Origin: Methanosphaera stadtmanae
Lineage (GTDB): Archaea > Methanobacteriota > Methanobacteria > Methanobacteriales > Methanobacteriaceae
Length of the DNA: 64,000 bases
Direction of reading: 5' to 3'
Assembly: GCA_015062825.1 (NCBI GenBank)
Contig: SUTR01000003.1
Location: 22,716-86,715, forward strand
Positions 33,459-43,262 of this stretch are shown piece by piece; positions within the stretch are counted from its first letter, which is position 1, and every line of letters starts with the position of its first letter. A program made the position numbers and the translations under genes. The notes beneath the pieces were generated by a model that worked only from the letters and a program-made list of their open reading frames with translations, ran no database searches and was not told the DNA's origin.

Positions 33459-33690
33459 ATGGAGTTACTAATCCCTTTTTTATAATCTTCTTTATCTTTT
33501 TTTAACTTTTTTTTTAGTCTTTAACAATGATGATATAATTCATATTTTTATAAAAAATACATATAAATCTTTAAATATGTTCATATTAAAGTCTAATCAG
33601 TAAATCGATAATTAAATATAAAAATAAAATGATATTTCTTTAGTTCATTGAAGGTTAAACATATTTTGTTTTAAAAAAAATATTGTGTGA

Positions 33691-33846
33691 TTATATTATT
33701 CCAAATTGTAATAATATGTACATTATTACACCAAAACCTATTAGAAATGTTGAAATCATTAAAATTCTGGTGTATATATAGAATAATTTAACTTTTCTTT
33801 CCGGATCTTGTTCCAGATATTCAGTAAGTGGATCTTCATAAGGCAT
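33691..33846 (-). CDS. 51-aa small membrane protein, not in ORF track
   Basis: AAGGAG RBS 8 nt upstream of ATG; MPYEDPLTEYLEQDPERKVKLFYIYTRILMISTFLIGFGVIMYILLQFGII. Confidence 0.75.
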   Translation of the reverse strand: MPYEDPLTEYLEQDPERKVKLFYIYTRILMISTFLIGFGVIMYILLQFGII

Positions 33847-33953
33847 AAATATTACTCCTTATATATTATTTTAGTTAAATGTATATTAAAATATTATTAT
33901 AATTATTAAAGTATTTTTCTAAAAATTTTTTCAAAATTAGTTAAAGATAAATA

Positions 33954-34025
33954 TAGCTCCAAGCGGAGTCGAACCGCTGTCCCAGGTTCCAAAGACCCGG
34001 AGGATTGCCACTACCCTATGGAGCT
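33954..34025 (-). tRNA. tRNA-Gln(TTG)
   Basis: Cloverleaf AGCTCCA/TGGAGCT acceptor, CGGGT-CTTTGGA-ACCTG anticodon arm, GGTTCGACTCC T-loop; CCA not encoded. Confidence 0.96.
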
Positions 34026-34345
34026 TTCTTTAATGTACTTCTTCAAGTACAATATAAACTTTGTAAAAACTTATTTATATACTTTATGCTTTTTTTGTGT
34101 ATTATTTTATTCATGTTTTTTATTAAAAAATCAACAAATTTATATATTAACAATTAGATAAATCTAGTTTAGAATTAAGGATAAATTTTTATTCTTAGTT
34201 TAAGTGGCTTATAAATGTTTTAATATACATGACGAATCTTAATAAATCAAAAAATATGAAGTAATATATTCTTTTAGGATATTAACTTTTACGGTGAATG
34301 CTATGGTTATTCATCTGTTTTGATTTATAAAATGGAGGCGGTAAG

Positions 34346-37072
34346 ATTAAGCGAAATTTGATTATAGTATTTCTTACAGTCGCATTGTTATGTATCACAG
34401 CAGTATCTGCTACGGATACTCAAAATACAATAAATGATACGCAACAGGAGGCTGTAACTGATATATCAGATGTTTCTGATAATTCAGTAGAAGAATACTC
34501 AAATGTTGAATCAAATGTTATAGATAAAAACACATTAAGCACAAACAATGAATTAAATTCACAAACTACAACTGACTCTACCAATGAAACAACTAGTGAC
34601 AATACATCCAGCGAGTCCAGTGAAGGTGTTGTAGTTAATGATTCACAGAATATTACTATAGAAAAACAAAACAATACATTAAAGTCTAGCACTACTGACA
34701 AACTTAATTCAACTATTGTAACGGATAACATAATATATGCCAAAAAAGGTACAACAGTTAATATTTCAGCAATTATAAAAGCTAACGGTTATACCGTATC
34801 TTCAGGTCAAGTGGCCTTTAAGATAAATGGTGTAACAATTGATACGGTAAATATTAAAAACAATGTTGCATCAGTTAGCTATGATACTTCAAGATTATCA
34901 TATAAAATGTATGATATTACAATAAAGTATGGTGGATCAACACATATAATATCCACACAAAAAAATATCAAGCTTAAAATATTAAATGATGTATCCAAAT
35001 ATACATATAGTCAAATCGTTGATGCAGCAAATAGGACACAAGCTTTCATAGAAAGCCATCAAAGATTACCAAACTATGTAACAGTTGGTAGTGACAAGGT
35101 TCTAATGCAGGATTTATTATACTTATTTGCAAAGGCTCAACTAACAAAATCATCAGTATATAATGGAAACTTTACATATGCTGGTAATGTAGAAACTAAT
35201 TGTTATAATTCCAAAATATATAAAAATGAATTAGAAACATTAACTCAGAAAATTGTAGATGCATATGAAAAATCAGGCTCAAATCCAACAAGTTTCACAA
35301 CATCTGTTGGTAGAGTAAGTTTCAATGATACAATTTACATATATTCACAATTAGTTACTTATGTATATACTAAAAATGCATACCCAAACTATGCAACGGT
35401 ATTGGATTTAACAAAAACAAACAATATTGATACTTCCAGTCAATCTAATATGAAACAATATGTGACTATTCATTTAGACTCATTTAAAGTTTATTCAACA
35501 TCAACAACAACAGTCAATGCTAAATACTACTATGGTGATGGTAGCAAAGTAAACAATCAAAAGGTAGTCTTCAAGGTAAATGGAATAACTGTTGGAACAT
35601 CAACAGTTTCAAATGGTGTTGCATCCTTAACATTCACAGTACCAAATTGGGCTCAAAAAGATTATACATTAACAACAAAAATAGGAGCTTCTTCAAACAA
35701 TTATGAAAGTCAAGCATCCTCAAATCTTTCAGTAACTAAAAATCCAAACGGTACTACAATAGCTACAAAGATCATACTCGATGACCTATACTTTGCACAG
35801 CAAAACAAGACAGGTTATCTAACTGCAAAAATAGTGGATAACAATGGAAATGCCATTGATGGTGGAACATTTGTATTTAAAATAAATCAAAAATCATTAG
35901 AGGCAGTAACAGTATCTAATGGTCGTGTGAATGTATCATTTGATACATCAGCACTGTCAACAGCAAAAGTCCATGACATCGATGCAGTTTATGGTGGTAT
36001 AGGAATATATAATGTTTCAAGAGCATCAAGTAACCTAAAGGTATTGACTACATTAACAAAATGCAGCTATTCTGATGTACTTGAACTTGCTCAGAAAACA
36101 AAAACATTCATTGAAAACAATAAAAGATTACCAAATTACATGACATATAATGATGTCCAGATAACACAGGTAAATCTATTATACTTATTTGCACAAGTAG
36201 TATCATCAAATAACTCCTATGCAAATGCAATGTTTTCAAATACCAAAACAGATGTAACAACAAATTGTGTTGGAAAAAACTTAACAGTCAGTCAATATAC
36301 AGCATTAGCAAATGAAATCATAGACAGTTTAATTTCGGAAGGTAAACTATCAAGCTCAGTTCAGCCAAGTGTTGGAAAAATAAGCTTTGATGATCTTGTA
36401 TACATTTATACAAGAGGGGCTGCATATGTAGCAGATAATGGTGCACTGGCAAATTATCTGATGATATTCAATACAAGTCTTGGAACAACTCATTCAAGTT
36501 ATTTCGATTCTGGTTCATCATATGATAGTTCATCATCAAATAGTTCTTCTGGTACAGTAATTAATACAACAGGTAGTATAGTTGATATCTTCAAAGCAAA
36601 CTCTAAACAATTATCATCAACCTACTTGGACTACCTTGCAAGCACTAATAACTGTCAAGTAAACAATTCAGTAATAGTAAATGCTGTTCTTAAGGCAGTA
36701 AACTCTGGTATGTCAACATATCAACAAGCAGTAGCAATATTTAACTATGTCAATAAGGTAACAGATTATTCCTATTATCTTAACACAAGGTATGGGGCAG
36801 TCAAGACATTAACACAAGGATATGGAAACTGTGTGGATATGTCACACGTACTTATAGCAATGTTCAGAACAGCAGGAATACCTGCAAGATACGTTCATGG
36901 AGCAAATTGTGTATTCAGAAGCGGTCTTGTAGTAGGTCACGTATGGGCTGAAGTATACGTTGGTGGTACATGGTATAAATGTGATGCAACATCCAATTAC
37001 AATTCATTCAATGTAATAGTAAACTGGAATAGATGTGGAGCAATCAACAGATATACCTCACTACCATTTTAA
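34346..37072 (+). CDS. Secreted protein with Ig-like domains, pseudomurein-binding repeats and a C-terminal transglutaminase-like Cys-His-Asp domain
   Basis: Repeats FIESHQRLPNYV / FIENNKRLPNYM; GNCVD, GHVWAEV, WYKCDAT. Start placed at ATT 34346 from the RBS; the ORF track uses TTG 34358. Confidence 0.85.
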   Translation: MKRNLIIVFLTVALLCITAVSATDTQNTINDTQQEAVTDISDVSDNSVEEYSNVESNVIDKNTLSTNNELNSQTTTDSTNETTSDNTSSESSEGVVVNDSQNITIEKQNNTLKSSTTDKLNSTIVTDNIIYAKKGTTVNISAIIKANGYTVSSGQVAFKINGVTIDTVNIKNNVASVSYDTSRLSYKMYDITIKYGGSTHIISTQKNIKLKILNDVSKYTYSQIVDAANRTQAFIESHQRLPNYVTVGSDKVLMQDLLYLFAKAQLTKSSVYNGNFTYAGNVETNCYNSKIYKNELETLTQKIVDAYEKSGSNPTSFTTSVGRVSFNDTIYIYSQLVTYVYTKNAYPNYATVLDLTKTNNIDTSSQSNMKQYVTIHLDSFKVYSTSTTTVNAKYYYGDGSKVNNQKVVFKVNGITVGTSTVSNGVASLTFTVPNWAQKDYTLTTKIGASSNNYESQASSNLSVTKNPNGTTIATKIILDDLYFAQQNKTGYLTAKIVDNNGNAIDGGTFVFKINQKSLEAVTVSNGRVNVSFDTSALSTAKVHDIDAVYGGIGIYNVSRASSNLKVLTTLTKCSYSDVLELAQKTKTFIENNKRLPNYMTYNDVQITQVNLLYLFAQVVSSNNSYANAMFSNTKTDVTTNCVGKNLTVSQYTALANEIIDSLISEGKLSSSVQPSVGKISFDDLVYIYTRGAAYVADNGALANYLMIFNTSLGTTHSSYFDSGSSYDSSSSNSSSGTVINTTGSIVDIFKANSKQLSSTYLDYLASTNNCQVNNSVIVNAVLKAVNSGMSTYQQAVAIFNYVNKVTDYSYYLNTRYGAVKTLTQGYGNCVDMSHVLIAMFRTAGIPARYVHGANCVFRSGLVVGHVWAEVYVGGTWYKCDATSNYNSFNVIVNWNRCGAINRYTSLPF

Positions 37073-37807
37073 TCTTTTTTTTCTTTATTTTTTTATTCTT
37101 ATTTTTCTAAAATTATTTATTTTAAACATTTCATTGTAGAAATTCATTCTTTTAATCTAAATAGTTTAATTTTTAATTTTTTTCTAAATTCTAATATGTT
37201 GTGATTAAATTTTTTAGCAAAATTATGAGATTAAATGCATATCTTATTATAACAAATAATCATAACTGATAAAAGGATACAATAATTATTGTAATAAGTT
37301 TAAACAAAGAAAATTATTATTGTTGAATATACTTTATTCATAAATTACTATTACTGAAAAATAAATATAATTAAACATTCCAATAGATAATCATTTCATT
37401 AAAAATTATTTTTGTATATCCATCACTCTTTTTAAAAAATATTTTGAAAAACATATTACCAATTTCAAATAAAATAATAAAAAAATAAAATTCATATCAA
37501 TAATTTAAATGTTTTTATTATTAATTAAAAGAATATTCAATAATGATTAATTTAATAAAACATTTTACAAAATTCTTAGATGTTTTTTAAAACCAAAAAT
37601 TTATTTATATCTAATTAGAAAAACATTAATCAATAATAAAGTAAATTTGGATATATTAAAAATTATTTAAATAATATATTATTTTCAAATAATTAATAAA
37701 AAAATTATTTTTTTTACAATTTTTTTATAGTTAAGATATGTATATTTTTTTTTATTTTTATTATCCGATGATAATTTATTATTATAATATAGATGGAAGT
37801 TTATATA

Positions 37808-40800
37808 ATGAAGAATATGAAAACTATGTTCTTTATATTAACTGTTATAACATTATTTCTATCGGTAAGTGCTGTATGTGCAGTGAATGATATCAATAGT
37901 ACACTTATTGATAATAATGATGTGATGGATGTTACAACAGTTGCTGATACTTCAAGTGATTCTGTTGTTACAGATACTGCACAAACATTAAGTAATGGCA
38001 ATAAAGTTGATATAAAGACAATTGGGAAAGAAGAAAAGAATTTGAAAAAAGACTCTTATACTATCAATCAAAATAATTATCAAAATTACTTCTCTACAAC
38101 TGGTTTGACTGGTGTTAATAATGGAGATACATTAACTATTGATGGCGATTATACTTTGGAGAATATTGTAATAAATGGTTCATTAAAAGTTAATGGAACA
38201 AATAATCGTTTGAATAATGTTACCATAAATGGTATATTGAGTATAACTGGTTCAAATAATTTTATCAACGATACACATTCTATTGGGTTAGGTAATGGTG
38301 AAATAAAAGGATCTTATAATGAAATTTATAATTCTGAAATAGCTTCACTAACTCCATTAACCGGTTCATATAATATAATCCATAATGTCACATACAAAGC
38401 AGGAACAATTAATGGTAATTATAATTATATTAACAGTACTACAATTACCACTACGGGATGGGTAATGTTAAAAGGTATAAATAATACTATTAATAATTCA
38501 GTAATTCCAAAATTAAGAATAATGTCAAATGCTGTTAATACCACATTAGATAATGTTACATTAAATTCATATATAAATTCAGGTGTCAATACAACTGTTT
38601 TAAATCAACCTACTGCTGGACTAAACAATATTAATCAAAATAAAAATTTAAAAACCAGTCCTGTTAAAAGGGAAGGTAGGATTGTTGAAGTAATAGTTGA
38701 TGAAACAAACCTTGAAGATGTATACATATGGGGTATTTTTGATTTTACATCATATTGTATGGAAAAATATGGTGATGATAGTTTTGAGGATGTTGATGAA
38801 TTACGGATTATACTTAAAACATCTTTGCCTCAAGGACTTTCAATATCTAATGATTTTGATAATGATATAACTATAAAAATCATAGGAGAAGGCTCTGTAA
38901 CTATAAATGGATTGACTACCTTTGATTATAGAAATGCTTGGAGTATAACTCAATATGATATAGATTTATATATTGAAAATGTAAAAATACGTCAAACTAA
39001 TGTCTTATTGGAGAGTACTGGTGCCTATCCTATAATCATGGCTGATGAGAATTGTAGGGTGCATATGAAAAATGTATCCATTTCAGATGTGAGAAATTAT
39101 AATTCAATAACTTATAATGGTATGATTATAAGTATGTTTTTACATGAAAATGGAAATAGCTTTGAAAATTGTACCATGCAATTTAGTTATCCTACTACAA
39201 ATATTGACTGGTCAGGGGATACTGATCATCCAAATTTACCATTAACCATACCTATTCAAGTAAATAGTGAATCTAATAGTTTTTTAAATAATAATATTAC
39301 ATTTAAAGAAACAACAACCCAAGATAAGTTCCCTACCTGTTGGGGATTCTATGTTAACAAAGCTAATAATTTGTTTGATGGAAATAATATTAAAATGACT
39401 GGTACTGGATGGTTATATACTATTGATGTTAGAAGCACCAATAATACAATTATAACAAATAACATTATAAACACTACCTCAACAGCTTATGGTGCAAGTA
39501 TATATCTGGAAGGATATAATTTAATTAATAATACTGTTGCAAATAACACAATATATACATATGCTGGAATGGAATATGGTAGTGGAGATGTTCCAGAACA
39601 AGTAATCTATCCTGTATGCATTACAGATATGGCTTATCAAGGTGGAACATATCATAGTGGAATGGGAAACGTATGGAACAATACTATAGCAAATAATACA
39701 ATAACGGGAAGTGCAAATAACATTTATGGATTTGAACAATTTGGTGGGGATAATACTGTAATAGCAAACAATACTTTCAATATTAGTGGTGCAACACCAA
39801 CAGGTATTGGAGTAATCGGTATTAACAGTACCATATACAATAATATAATTCATACTAGCGGATTAACCAATCAAACATTAACCAGTGCAGATTATCTTAA
39901 ACCAAGAACTACTGGAATGTATTTATATTTATCATATAACAATACTATATTCAACAATAGTATCGATTCATTAAATGGTAGAGCAATATCCTTCGAATAT
40001 AGTAATGGAAGTGTTGTAGAAAATAATACAGTAAATACTACAAATTATACATACACTATTACATTCGATAATAAATCATTCAATAACATAATACAATATA
40101 ATACATTAATTTCAACTGAACTTCAGGGAGATGCATCAGTTAACAATACAATTAATAACATAGTTAAAGATAATTTACCAAAAACTGAAGAAAAATCTTC
40201 TATAATTGTTATAACTACAACAACATTTACTCAAGGAGAAAATAATACTATATCTGCTAGTTTTTATTCTGGTGATGAAAGATTAATGAACATCAACAAA
40301 GGAAAAGTAGCATTTAAAGTAAACGGCAAAACACTAAAAGACACTGCTGGAAAAATAATTTATGTAAAAGTAGTAAATGGTACAGCAACCATAGAAAACT
40401 ATGAAATACCTTCAACATGGAAAGAGGGTACAACAATCCAAGCAATATACTCAGGATCAACTGAATGTAAAAAACTAACAAGTGAAAAAACAAACATTAC
40501 TATTGTTTCTGAAGAACCAACAATTACAACTGAAGATGTGACTGCAACAACAGGAAGCAAAGTAACACTCAAGGCAACAGTAACAGGACCCGCAGACATG
40601 TTAAACAATGCAAAAGTAGTCTTCAAAATCAATGGAAAATCAGTTAAAGATGAAAATGGAAAAGTAATATATGCAAAAATAGTAAACGGAGAAGTATCAG
40701 TAGAATACACAATACCTGAAAACTTCAAGACAAAAGATTACACACTAACAGCAGTCTACATTTCATCAAACTATGACCGTATGGAAGACTCAAAAACATT

Positions 40801-40813
40801 AACAGTCAATTAG
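37808..40813 (+). CDS. Large adhesin-like protein: parallel beta-helix region plus two C-terminal Ig-like repeats
   Basis: Signal peptide; NNTIANNTI-type repeats; terminal KVAFKVNGKTLKD / KVVFKINGKSVKD repeats. Confidence 0.88.
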   Translation: MKNMKTMFFILTVITLFLSVSAVCAVNDINSTLIDNNDVMDVTTVADTSSDSVVTDTAQTLSNGNKVDIKTIGKEEKNLKKDSYTINQNNYQNYFSTTGLTGVNNGDTLTIDGDYTLENIVINGSLKVNGTNNRLNNVTINGILSITGSNNFINDTHSIGLGNGEIKGSYNEIYNSEIASLTPLTGSYNIIHNVTYKAGTINGNYNYINSTTITTTGWVMLKGINNTINNSVIPKLRIMSNAVNTTLDNVTLNSYINSGVNTTVLNQPTAGLNNINQNKNLKTSPVKREGRIVEVIVDETNLEDVYIWGIFDFTSYCMEKYGDDSFEDVDELRIILKTSLPQGLSISNDFDNDITIKIIGEGSVTINGLTTFDYRNAWSITQYDIDLYIENVKIRQTNVLLESTGAYPIIMADENCRVHMKNVSISDVRNYNSITYNGMIISMFLHENGNSFENCTMQFSYPTTNIDWSGDTDHPNLPLTIPIQVNSESNSFLNNNITFKETTTQDKFPTCWGFYVNKANNLFDGNNIKMTGTGWLYTIDVRSTNNTIITNNIINTTSTAYGASIYLEGYNLINNTVANNTIYTYAGMEYGSGDVPEQVIYPVCITDMAYQGGTYHSGMGNVWNNTIANNTITGSANNIYGFEQFGGDNTVIANNTFNISGATPTGIGVIGINSTIYNNIIHTSGLTNQTLTSADYLKPRTTGMYLYLSYNNTIFNNSIDSLNGRAISFEYSNGSVVENNTVNTTNYTYTITFDNKSFNNIIQYNTLISTELQGDASVNNTINNIVKDNLPKTEEKSSIIVITTTTFTQGENNTISASFYSGDERLMNINKGKVAFKVNGKTLKDTAGKIIYVKVVNGTATIENYEIPSTWKEGTTIQAIYSGSTECKKLTSEKTNITIVSEEPTITTEDVTATTGSKVTLKATVTGPADMLNNAKVVFKINGKSVKDENGKVIYAKIVNGEVSVEYTIPENFKTKDYTLTAVYISSNYDRMEDSKTLTVN

Positions 40814-40834
40814 TTAAAAATGTATTCATAATTT

Positions 40835-40870
40835 GGTGGAGATTTAATTCTCCATTGATACTTTTTTTTT
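40835..40870 (+). terminator. Hairpin plus T9 tract
   Basis: TGGAGA-TTTAAT-TCTCCA (40837-54), then TTTTTTTTT. Confidence 0.7.
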
Positions 40871-41111
40871 ATCCTATAAAATTATAATTTTCAGAACCAT
40901 AAAACATTAAGATTTCCTAATTTTAGTATAAATTTATGGATTTTATTCCAATAATTAACTATAATAATTGGATATGTTCTATTATGATAAAAATCTTAAA
41001 TCCGATTTTTTATTATCATATACTAACACTTTTTTTAATTAAAAAAATATAGATGTAATGTAATACATAGATAACTATTAGATTTATAACTTTTTATATG
41101 GGGGTATTTAA

Positions 41112-42080
41112 TTGAAATTTTCTTTAGAGTTATTGCCTAATGAGCCTATTGATGATATGTTGGATTTGATTAAAACATCTGAAGACATTGGCTTTGATAA
41201 TGTATGGATAACTGATCATTACAATAATAAGAATGTATTTGAAATATTGGCTTTAGCAGCATATGAAACAAGTACTATTCACGTGGGAACGGGTGTATCC
41301 AATCCATTTATGAGAAATCCTGTTACCATTGCATCAGCTACTACTACACTTGATGAAATATCAAATGGAAGAGCACTTGTAGGTATAGGTCCTGGTGATA
41401 AGGCTACTATGGAGACTTTGGGCATTACATGGAACAAGCCTGTTGCTACAGTTAAGAATTGTGTTGAGACTATACGTAAATTAATCAATGGTGAAAAGTT
41501 GGATACTGGTGCAAAGCTTGATGGAACAAGAAAGGTTCAGGATTCCATTCCAATCTATGTTGGTGCTCAAGGACCACGAATGCTTGAAGCTGCAGGCCAA
41601 GTTGCAGATGGTGTTTTGATTAACGCATCTAATCCTAAGGATTTTGAATTTGCAATACCTCTTGTAAATAAGGGATTGGAAAATAATCCTATTTCCAAGA
41701 AGGATTATAGTATAGCAGCATATACTGCTTGTTCTATTGATAATGATGTGACTGTTGCAATTAATCAGGCAAAAGTTGTAGTTGCATTTATAATTGCAGG
41801 CTCACCTGATGTTGTCTTGAATAGACATGGCATATCCATTGATTCTGCAAACAGGATTGAAGATTTCCTGGCAAATCATGACTTTAAAAATGCAATAGGT
41901 TCAGTCACGGATGATATGGTGGATGCATTCAGTGTATGTGGCAGACCAAAAGAGATAATGGAAAAGATAGAGCAATTGGAAAATATTGGTGTTAATGAAT
42001 TTGTTGTAGGTTCTCCTATTGGTAAGAATAAGGTTGAATCATTGAAGTTATTGGAGGATATTGTTAATTCATTTAATTAG
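41112..42080 (+). CDS. mer: F420-dependent methylene-H4MPT reductase
   Basis: WITDHYNN, GVSNPF.R.P, DEISNGRA..GIGPGD, YVGAQGPRML, INASNP, VGSPIG; TTG start. Confidence 0.92.
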   Translation: MKFSLELLPNEPIDDMLDLIKTSEDIGFDNVWITDHYNNKNVFEILALAAYETSTIHVGTGVSNPFMRNPVTIASATTTLDEISNGRALVGIGPGDKATMETLGITWNKPVATVKNCVETIRKLINGEKLDTGAKLDGTRKVQDSIPIYVGAQGPRMLEAAGQVADGVLINASNPKDFEFAIPLVNKGLENNPISKKDYSIAAYTACSIDNDVTVAINQAKVVVAFIIAGSPDVVLNRHGISIDSANRIEDFLANHDFKNAIGSVTDDMVDAFSVCGRPKEIMEKIEQLENIGVNEFVVGSPIGKNKVESLKLLEDIVNSFN

Positions 42081-42092
42081 GCAGGTATTGTT

Positions 42093-43199
42093 ATGCAGGT
42101 ACAAGTAATTAATAAGCAGATAAGGGAAAATTCACTAGAAAATCTTAAGAATAAAATGCAAAAGAAGAAGGAAAAAAAGCCTTTGCAGGCATATGCTGCA
42201 AGTTGGGCGGGTGAAGATAGATTATATGACTGTGTTGGTTATACAATCTTCATAGTTTTGCCAACATCTGGCTGTCAATGGGCAGTCCAGAGTGGTGGAT
42301 GTACCATGTGCAGCTACATTGCAGATTCACCATTATGTGACATTACAGATGAACAGCTAATTGAAATCTTTGATAATGAATGGAATAAGCAATTGGATAA
42401 GTGTGACTTTGAAAATATTGAAAATGTTGCAATTAAGCTTTTTGTATCTGGAAGTTTCCTAAATACAAATGAAATTCCAAGAAATGTACAGGAGCATATC
42501 TTCAATAATTTCAATAAATATGATAATATAAAAGAGGTCATTGTTGAATCAAAGCCAGAATTCATTGATGAAGATTCACTTAAACAGTTGGCATCATTAA
42601 TTCCAAATAAAATTTTTGAGATTGGTATAGGTCTTGAGACTTCAAATGAAGATACTCGTCTAAATAAGATAAATAAGGGTATAACAAACCAGTCATTTGA
42701 AAATTGTGTAAAAATGATAAACTCCATACAGGAATATGACATACGAGCAAAGGCATACCTGCTTGTAAAGCCAATATTATTATCTGAAAAAGATGCAATA
42801 CAAGAATCAATAGACTCTGCATATTATGCAAAAGAAGTAGGTGTAAAAAGAATTGCATATTGTCCTGCCACAGTACACACAGGTACTCTAATGGAATCAT
42901 TATTCAAGAAAGGATCATATAATCCTCCATGGATTTGGTCTACTATAAAAATTATGAAGGAAGTAAGAAAAAATGTTGACATTCCAATGATTATGGATAC
43001 TGCAGGATTCGGTACAAGACGTGGACCCTTCAATTGTAAGAAATGCAACTCCAAACTTAAGAATCTTATAATAGAGTCAAACCTTAAACAGGAAATACCT
43101 GAAGAACTAGAAAATTTCACATGTGAATGTATGAGTAAATGGCAGGCAGATTTGGAATTTTCAGATTTGCTCTCATCAACTACAAATCCAAAAACATAA
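42093..43199 (+). CDS. Archaeosine biosynthesis radical SAM protein RaSEA
   Basis: LPTSGCQWAVQSGGCTMCSY (CX8CX2C), FVSGSFL, VESKPE, EIGIGLET, YNPPWIWS. Confidence 0.8.
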   Translation: MQVQVINKQIRENSLENLKNKMQKKKEKKPLQAYAASWAGEDRLYDCVGYTIFIVLPTSGCQWAVQSGGCTMCSYIADSPLCDITDEQLIEIFDNEWNKQLDKCDFENIENVAIKLFVSGSFLNTNEIPRNVQEHIFNNFNKYDNIKEVIVESKPEFIDEDSLKQLASLIPNKIFEIGIGLETSNEDTRLNKINKGITNQSFENCVKMINSIQEYDIRAKAYLLVKPILLSEKDAIQESIDSAYYAKEVGVKRIAYCPATVHTGTLMESLFKKGSYNPPWIWSTIKIMKEVRKNVDIPMIMDTAGFGTRRGPFNCKKCNSKLKNLIIESNLKQEIPEELENFTCECMSKWQADLEFSDLLSSTTNPKT

Positions 43200-43262
43200 T
43201 AAAATATCTTCAAAATCGAAAAAAATAGAATTTTTTTTTATAAAAAAATAATATTAGGTTAT

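Noticed and set aside
37073-37807. Very AT-rich 735-nt gap as a replication origin or hidden gene
   Set aside because: No cdc6/orc1 nearby, no repeated ORB-like boxes, and no credible ORF; long AT-rich gaps are usual around adhesin genes
31548-40813. tRNA-Gln-anchored integrated element carrying the adhesins
   Set aside because: No integrase or transposase, and no duplicate of the tRNA 3' end was seen in the window
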